Shown in pieces: positions 52,899-58,808 of a stretch of DNA of 58,808 nt. Source of the DNA: an uncultured Dehalococcoidales bacterium (GTDB lineage: Bacteria > Chloroflexota > Dehalococcoidia > Dehalococcoidales > JAUVZE01). The notes under the pieces are model-generated. The model was not told the origin of the DNA, did not search any database, and was given only the letters and a program-made list of their open reading frames with translations. The translations under genes and the position numbers were made by a program. Positions within the stretch are counted from its first letter, which is position 1; the number at the start of each line of letters is the position of its first letter. The stretch covers positions 1 to 58,808 of the forward strand of contig CAZNEL010000001.1 of the NCBI GenBank assembly GCA_964572285.1, written 5' to 3'.

Positions 52899-53730
52899 GA
52901 TAAATCTAACTCTAGAAGTTTTAGCGAAACGGCCTGACGGTTTTCATGAAATCCGTAGCGTTATCCAGACCATAAGCCTGAGCGATAGCCTAGATTTCCA
53001 GTTGAGCCATAACCTTGAATTTAAATGTGATAATCCTGAATGGCTCGCCGAAAAAAGTCTGGTCTCAAAAGCAGCCCACCTACTGCAAGAGTCTATCGGA
53101 AGCTCTAAGGGAGCAATGATAGATGTTAGCAAGCGTATCCCCCTGATATCAGGTTTGGGTGGTGATAGCAGTGACGCTGCTGCTGTTTTGCGAGGGCTAA
53201 ATCAGCTGTGGGGTTTGGGATTATCAATTCAGGAGTTGACCGAATTAGCGTCGCAACTGGGTTCCGATGTAGCCTTCTTCCTTTACGGTGGCACCGCTCT
53301 GGTCAAAGGCAGGGGTGAACTGGTAACTCCTTTAGCTTCATTTCCCCACAGGTGGGTCGTTCTCATGGTACCGCCTGTTCCCAGATTGACGGGTAAGACA
53401 GGGCAGCTGTATGCCAGCCTTGAGGCACATCATTACACCAACGGGGAAATTACCGAGCAATTTGTAAAAATGTTGAACGAAAAGAAAAAATTTACTTCCT
53501 CTCTTTTGTTTAATACCTTTGAGAATATAACCTTTACCCCCCTGTCAAAGATAAATACATGCCGCAGTCATGCCATAAAAGTTGGCGCCCCCAGTGTTCA
53601 CCTAGCCGGTTCTGGTTCCACCTTATATACCCTGTTAGAAGACAAGGCAAAAGCTGAAGAGCTTTACAATCTTCTCCAGCACCAAAGAATGCAGCCATAT
53701 CTGGCCGAGACTCTAACCTCCATAGAATAG
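52873..53730 (+). CDS. ispE: 4-diphosphocytidyl-2-C-methyl-D-erythritol kinase
   Basis: 285 aa with APAKINLTL and the GHMP motif PLISGLGGDSSDAAA. Confidence 0.9.
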   Translation: MLTVLAPAKINLTLEVLAKRPDGFHEIRSVIQTISLSDSLDFQLSHNLEFKCDNPEWLAEKSLVSKAAHLLQESIGSSKGAMIDVSKRIPLISGLGGDSSDAAAVLRGLNQLWGLGLSIQELTELASQLGSDVAFFLYGGTALVKGRGELVTPLASFPHRWVVLMVPPVPRLTGKTGQLYASLEAHHYTNGEITEQFVKMLNEKKKFTSSLLFNTFENITFTPLSKINTCRSHAIKVGAPSVHLAGSGSTLYTLLEDKAKAEELYNLLQHQRMQPYLAETLTSIE

Positions 53731-53767
53731 TCTGTGGGTTCGATTTGATTCACAATAAGAGGATAAA

Positions 53768-54403
53768 ATGATAGCCATTGGAATTCTGACAATTGTTATC
53801 GGGTACCTCCTTGGTTCTATACCCTTTGCCTACATCGCTGGTCGTCTGGCAAAAGGGATAGATATTCGGCAGGTGGGCGGTAAAAATGTAGGTACCTTGA
53901 ATACCATGCGAGAGATAGGAACATTTACCGGATTGGCCGTTCTCTTGGCTGACATAGGTAAAGGTGCACTGGCAGTATTTGTTGCCCAGTGGCTAGAGGT
54001 CTCTTGGATTTTCTTTTATCTTGTCGGTGCTGCCGTAGTGATAGGGCATTGGTGGCCCATTTTCCTAAAATTTAGAGGAGGGAAGGGAGCAGCTACAACT
54101 ATAGGAGTGCTTTTTGCATTATCACCGCTACCGACAGCTATTAGCTTTGCCATAATGGTAATAGCTGTTCTTGTTACCAGCAATTTTACCTTTGCCATGG
54201 CTATAGGTCTGGCTTTACTACCTCTGATAATGTGGCCATTTGGAGAGGCAGGCAGTCTCATTACCTATGCAGTCGCCCTTCCCATATTTTGCAGCCTTAA
54301 ATACATACCTACCTTCAAGAAAACCATATTCAACGTCGAGGGTAGACAAAATATCATTAGGGATAAGCACTATAAACCCTGGCAGACAAGAAAGAAAAAG
54401 TAA
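53768..54403 (+). CDS. plsY: Glycerol-3-phosphate acyltransferase PlsY (copy 2)
   Basis: 211 aa with GSIPFAY, GGKNVGTLNT and GHWWPIFLKFRGGKG. Confidence 0.85.
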   Translation: MIAIGILTIVIGYLLGSIPFAYIAGRLAKGIDIRQVGGKNVGTLNTMREIGTFTGLAVLLADIGKGALAVFVAQWLEVSWIFFYLVGAAVVIGHWWPIFLKFRGGKGAATTIGVLFALSPLPTAISFAIMVIAVLVTSNFTFAMAIGLALLPLIMWPFGEAGSLITYAVALPIFCSLKYIPTFKKTIFNVEGRQNIIRDKHYKPWQTRKKK

Positions 54404-54476
54404 TATATACGCCTGTGCACCTAATCTCTAGACCAAGTTGCATGAAAAATTTATAATGAATAAAAGGAGGTGTCAG

Positions 54477-54980
54477 ATGAGCAATACTATGGAAAATCTT
54501 GAGACTGCTTTCGCCGGCGAGAGCCAGGCTAACCGGAAATACCTGTTTTTTGCGGAGAAGGCAGATAAAGAGGGCCATCCCCAAATAGCCCGGCTGTTCC
54601 GGGCGGCTGCGGAATCGGAGACAGTTCACGCCCGAAATCATCTTAAAACTATGGGTGGCATTGGTTCAACCAAGGATAACCTGCAAGAGGCGGCCAAGGG
54701 GGAACTCTACGAATTTACACATATGTATCCCGGTTTCATCGCGCAGGCTAAGGCGGAAAACAACCAGGGTGCAGAAACCAGCTTCGACTGGGCAAACAAG
54801 GTAGAGAAAATCCATCACGGTTTATATCAGAAGGCGCTGGAAGACCTTGAAGCCGAAAAGGAAACAAAAGACGAGCCTTACTTTGTCTGCCAGGGCTGTG
54901 GCTATACGGTAGTCGGCGAAGCCCCGGAGAAGTGCCCTGTCTGTGGTGCGCCGCGGGGTATGTTTAAGCGCGTGGAGTAA
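54477..54980 (+). CDS. rbr: Rubrerythrin (start trimmed)
   Basis: ATG 54477 follows AAGGAGG. MENLETAFAGESQANRKY diiron motifs and a C-terminal rubredoxin-like CQGCGY...CPVCG. Confidence 0.9.
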   Translation: MSNTMENLETAFAGESQANRKYLFFAEKADKEGHPQIARLFRAAAESETVHARNHLKTMGGIGSTKDNLQEAAKGELYEFTHMYPGFIAQAKAENNQGAETSFDWANKVEKIHHGLYQKALEDLEAEKETKDEPYFVCQGCGYTVVGEAPEKCPVCGAPRGMFKRVE

Positions 54981-54994
54981 AAAAGAATAATGAA

Positions 54995-55771
54995 ATGGGC
55001 GGCCTGATTTTACGGCTAAAGCCGCTAACAAGCATGCTAAAGAATCACTTATGCAATGCATTGTGTAAAATGAAGAAACGTATATGTTCTTGGTATGAGA
55101 CGTGCTTAGAAAGCATTGTGCGTGTAGTTAAAGTAATCAAGGGTCAGCTAACAATAAATCGGCACGCTATGTCGGATGGAGTCTTACTTTTTATCTTTGG
55201 CTTACTGCTATTGGCGGTGAAGGAGGTGGGCGAAACTCCTACATGGGGTTTAATACCTATATTGGGGTTAATATCTCCTCCACCCGTTTTCTTTTCTATA
55301 GCTTTAAGGATAATCCTCATTGTAATATCACTGATACTCATGATTGCTATTCTCTGGATATGGCGGGCATATAAGCGTGCAAATTCCCTAAAAGGACGGC
55401 TTAAAAAGGCAAAATATTTGATAATATTCTTTCTTGTCTTGCTTTTATTATTTGTATTATGGTTAATACCGTCTATACCTGTTTGCGTTTATACAGCTTT
55501 AGGGATAATCGCTATCCTAATATCTCTGGCGTTCATTGTTGCGGTTTTCTGTAAACGGTTAGCTTGTAAACTTGAAGAAATTCTAAAAAGCCAGTTCTCG
55601 TATATATATTGGGTAATCTTTTGGATCGTTTATTCTGTTGGTTGGGTCCAAGGGCTATCAAACATTCCCGCCGACAGGTTTGTTTTTCAAGTAGCATTAT
55701 GGATTGGTTTTGTTTTGTTTTTGATTATTCCAGCTGCTTGGTTCAAGGTAATCTTTCAACGAAGCAAATGA
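54995..55771 (+). CDS. Hypothetical AT-rich polytopic membrane protein
   Basis: 258-aa ORF with ~6 hydrophobic segments. Start uncertain. No family recognised. Confidence 0.4.
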   Translation: MGGLILRLKPLTSMLKNHLCNALCKMKKRICSWYETCLESIVRVVKVIKGQLTINRHAMSDGVLLFIFGLLLLAVKEVGETPTWGLIPILGLISPPPVFFSIALRIILIVISLILMIAILWIWRAYKRANSLKGRLKKAKYLIIFFLVLLLLFVLWLIPSIPVCVYTALGIIAILISLAFIVAVFCKRLACKLEEILKSQFSYIYWVIFWIVYSVGWVQGLSNIPADRFVFQVALWIGFVLFLIIPAAWFKVIFQRSK

Positions 55772-55791
55772 CAATGCTTTAGATATCGTCT

Positions 55792-57051
55792 TTATTTCCA
55801 TTCAGTCAACCACCCCCTAACCATCTCCTCCTCCCCCTGTTTACTGGCTACTTTCCCATCCAGCCTGGCTTCATGGAGCAAGTTTAGTATTTCTTTGATG
55901 CGAGGGCCAGCGGGTATGCCCATTCTTTGCAGGTCGTCGCCAGTGAGGGCTGGTTTGATATAAAGTAGCTTGTTAAGGAACAACTGAATATGCTGGCGTA
56001 CTATGGGTGAGTCATCGGCTAAAGAACTGGCGGTGATTGCCACCGGAGAGTAGCCATGCAGGAGGTGGTAGATGCTGCTGGAGGGAAGTTCGGGATCAGC
56101 CAGTGAGCTAAGCTTAACTTTGAGACTAATGGTATCACGCATAGTTTGAGCCAGTGATTTGGGTAACCTGATTTTAGCGACAAGCTGTTCATTTTCCTCA
56201 TCATTCAGATGATAAGCCAGCAGAGCAAGGTAGAGTCCAACCGGGGGTGGGTTGGGAGAATTTAGCTCTCGGGCTTGTTTACACTTCTCTGCCAGCCAGC
56301 CATTGCCTTTTAGCGCAGGATGAAGCCATTCTAGAACACCAAGCTCTTGGGCACGGCGAAAAACTTTCTCCGGGTATTCCTCATGCAGGATGCATTCCAG
56401 TTCATACCTTATTCGGTCGCCGCTGATAGTATCCAGCATAGATATATCTCTTTTTAGCAAGTCGAGGGTAGTCTCTTCCAGTTGAAAATTCAGCCGCTGC
56501 TCGTAGCGCAGACCACGCCAGATGCGAGTGGCATCATCAGTAAAACTCTTTTCATGCAGGATGCGGATAATCTTATGCTTCAGGTCATGTATACCACCAT
56601 ACAGGTCAATTAGTTTACCGTAGTGGCTAGGGTCAAGATTAATAGCCATAGCGTTGATAGTAAAATCACGACGGGAAAGGTCGCTCTTCAGTGAACCAAG
56701 CTTCACACTAGGTAGCGCCCCGGGCTTAGCATAGGTCTCGCAGCGGGCAGTGGCTAGGTCGACGCTCCATTTAGCCCACTGTAGCTTAGCTGTATTGAAG
56801 CGGGGGTACGTTGTGATTTTTCCAGGATAAACCTGCCTTAGCCGATATGCCAGATTTATGGCATCACCTTCCACTACCAGGTCAATGTCCAGATTAGCCC
56901 GTTCCAAAAGCAGGTCGCGAACAACACCGCCGACAAGGTATAAATTCCGCCCCTGAATGTGAGCAATCTTACCAGCCGTCTGCATAAAGCCAATCAACTC
57001 AGCGGGTAGTTGTTTTTCAATTCTATCGGCTAGGTTAATAATCTTGGTCAT
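55792..57051 (-). CDS. cca: CCA-adding tRNA nucleotidyltransferase / poly(A) polymerase family
   Basis: 419 aa with YLVGGVVRDLLL, DIDLVV and RDFTINAMA. Confidence 0.85.
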   Translation of the reverse strand: MTKIINLADRIEKQLPAELIGFMQTAGKIAHIQGRNLYLVGGVVRDLLLERANLDIDLVVEGDAINLAYRLRQVYPGKITTYPRFNTAKLQWAKWSVDLATARCETYAKPGALPSVKLGSLKSDLSRRDFTINAMAINLDPSHYGKLIDLYGGIHDLKHKIIRILHEKSFTDDATRIWRGLRYEQRLNFQLEETTLDLLKRDISMLDTISGDRIRYELECILHEEYPEKVFRRAQELGVLEWLHPALKGNGWLAEKCKQARELNSPNPPPVGLYLALLAYHLNDEENEQLVAKIRLPKSLAQTMRDTISLKVKLSSLADPELPSSSIYHLLHGYSPVAITASSLADDSPIVRQHIQLFLNKLLYIKPALTGDDLQRMGIPAGPRIKEILNLLHEARLDGKVASKQGEEEMVRGWLTEWK

Positions 57052-57094
57052 TTTCCTTTGGTTTCGTAGCTCAAATTATAGCACAGGTTATTAA

Positions 57095-57997
57095 TCATAT
57101 CAGGTAGATAATGACTATACCACCAACAATCATTACGGTAGCAACAAGCCGCAAGATAAGTGCCTCTCTGCCAGGTTGCCATTCCAAAAATCGGGGTGAA
57201 ACACGGCTTATAATAAGGGCAAATAGAACTACGAACATTGGGCGGCTGCTGATGATGGTTGAGACCAGCGATACTGGCCCTCTCTCTAACGCCCAGAATT
57301 GCAGCACTACTGCTAGCACTGCCAGTGTCTCATTAAAAATGAGCAAGGCTATAACCGAGCTCCTTTGCTTCATGTCACTTAACTGCCTGAAGATACGAGG
57401 ACGCATTGAGGCCAGTATGAAGATAACAGACTGGCAAAATGTACTGAGCCAGAATATATTCCAGAAGGAGATGTAGCCCAGGGCATACTTGCTGGTTATA
57501 TCTGCCGATGCCATCAGTAAACTGGAACCGAAAAGAAAGAGAAGTGGCTTGCCCAGCCAAGTAGTGGAGCCGGTGGCATCCTGTTTGACTGAGATGAGTA
57601 CCGCTCCAGCTACGACGATAATTATCGCCAGCCACCCCAAGTAATATAGACTTTCTCCCAGTAGTGGTGCAGCAATAATCGCCACAAAAATGGGGTAGGT
57701 ATAGACCACAGGTACTACCCGTGATACCTCCTCTTTCTTCATGATATAGAGTAAAATGACTATGGAGGCAGTACGGAATATACTTGAAACTACTGCTACC
57801 AGTAATGGCCATGTGCCGATACCCGTTGGGAGAGGGAATAGTATAGCCACAGCCAGGGCAAAAAATATATGAATAATACCCACCGGCAGCATGAAAGACC
57901 TTAAACCCGGCATTCGTTTGGAGAGAAGGCGGCTGTCAATTATGTGCACTGCGCCGAAAATAGCCGAGCTCAGTATCGCTGTGTTAGCCCAACTCAT
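57095..57997 (-). CDS. EamA/DMT-family transporter
   Basis: 300 aa with ~10 TM helices as two EamA-like halves. Confidence 0.7.
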   Translation of the reverse strand: MSWANTAILSSAIFGAVHIIDSRLLSKRMPGLRSFMLPVGIIHIFFALAVAILFPLPTGIGTWPLLVAVVSSIFRTASIVILLYIMKKEEVSRVVPVVYTYPIFVAIIAAPLLGESLYYLGWLAIIIVVAGAVLISVKQDATGSTTWLGKPLLFLFGSSLLMASADITSKYALGYISFWNIFWLSTFCQSVIFILASMRPRIFRQLSDMKQRSSVIALLIFNETLAVLAVVLQFWALERGPVSLVSTIISSRPMFVVLFALIISRVSPRFLEWQPGREALILRLVATVMIVGGIVIIYLI

Positions 57998-58117
57998 TAG
58001 TATTCACACTCATCTTTTAAACTCATTACTATAGCTTACACTATGTTAGGTTATACGACCTCGGCTATGGGACACCTATCTTTGCCTCTGCAGGTTACAC
58101 CAAGATAAGTTATATGG

Positions 58118-58759
58118 TTAGATCTCCACAACCAGACCAGCTCCACATTTCAAGCACTGTTGTGGAAATAATTGCATTATTTCTGACTTATATTGAGTGC
58201 AATGGCAAGGACCTATTAGAGATAAACTATTCAACCGGCTAAAATCACGGAATCCATGTAAGCCACCGATAATCCCATGGATTTCCCCAAATCTTGAGGC
58301 AACATCTATGATTTTCCCAACTCTGGGATGAGAGCACCCCACCATTACCAGAACCCCTCTGTCTGTCTTGATTACTAGAGACTGCTCTATCTCTTTCAGC
58401 TCACCAGTAGAGAAAACACTTTCGCAAATCTGCAGAGATTCTGTAACTGTGATTATCTTTCTTCCCGGAATGGTTCCCCAAACCGATGCTGGAAGATAAA
58501 TCTCAGCCGTTTTATTAACTTCCAAGATACCTTGAAGGCCTCCGGTATGATCACTGTGAGCATGTGAAATTACGATTATCCCGATATCTTTGGCATCAAT
58601 ACCTAACTCTTTCATGTTATACAACAATGCAGGGCTATCAGCACCAGTATCAAACAGGATTGGTGGTGCACTGGTGGTTTCTATAAACGATGAAAATCCC
58701 CACCCTGCTTTCAGCTTCTTGTTCTTTACTTCATTGTCATAGACAATGGTAACTTTCAT
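58118..58759 (-). CDS. MBL-fold metallo-hydrolase
   Basis: 213 aa with the SHAHSDHTGG (HxHxDH) motif. Confidence 0.8.
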   Translation of the reverse strand: MKVTIVYDNEVKNKKLKAGWGFSSFIETTSAPPILFDTGADSPALLYNMKELGIDAKDIGIIVISHAHSDHTGGLQGILEVNKTAEIYLPASVWGTIPGRKIITVTESLQICESVFSTGELKEIEQSLVIKTDRGVLVMVGCSHPRVGKIIDVASRFGEIHGIIGGLHGFRDFSRLNSLSLIGPCHCTQYKSEIMQLFPQQCLKCGAGLVVEI

Positions 58760-58808
58760 CCTTTCTACCCTTTCCGTAACCTTTTAAGCTAACTATGGAG
58801 ACAATTCC

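Noticed and set aside
1-58808. Search for CRISPR arrays, tRNA/rRNA genes, intact IS elements or transposases, and integrons.
   Set aside because: No regularly spaced repeats, no cloverleaf-like or rRNA-like stretches in the intergenic gaps, and no transposase-like ORF. The only recombinases are a housekeeping Xer-type gene and a short recombinase-tail fragment.

Overview
Gene-dense 58.8-kb chromosomal segment with about 60 protein genes and one ncRNA. No rRNA, tRNA, CRISPR array or intact IS/transposase was found by eye. Most of it is housekeeping. Gene content looks like an anaerobe, possibly Chloroflexota/Dehalococcoidia-like, but taxonomy cannot be settled without a database search.

Main housekeeping blocks:
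- uvrB (5' part) at the left edge
- yebC-ruvC-ruvA
- a complete [NiFe]-hydrogenase maturation set (hypA-hypB-hypF-hypC-hypD-hypE plus an endopeptidase), with no structural hydrogenase genes in the window
- uvrC, xerD and pcm
- an EF-G paralog
- an ABC-2 exporter with a surface Ig/NEW3-like protein
- etfBA and prfA-prmC
- two plsY paralogs, lgt and ftsY
- a YprA/MrfA-like helicase
- nusA-ylxR-infB-rbfA-truB
- queA, mtaB and argF
- a large (~270 nt) SRP RNA
- rsmA-ispE, rubrerythrin and cca

Small accessory insertions sit between these blocks and are the most interesting parts:
1. A two-gene cassette at 47.7-48.9 kb: a DUF5343-like protein plus a protein with a HEPN Rx4H motif, with its own promoter.
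2. An AT-rich two-gene cassette at 14.4-15.8 kb: an unassignable His-rich 162-aa protein plus a DUF1828/DUF1829-like protein, with its own promoter.
3. Nested direct repeats at the uvrB promoter (546-2885) bracketing a SpoU methyltransferase and a divergent EgtD-like methyltransferase.
4. A DUF296 - 39-aa micro-ORF - DUF3800 string downstream of ruvA.
5. A DUF2513-like gene wedged into the hyp operon.
6. A decayed island between truB and queA, with a truncated methyltransferase and a serine-recombinase tail fragment.

All domain names come from my reading of motifs and recollection of families. None was verified by HMM or BLAST.
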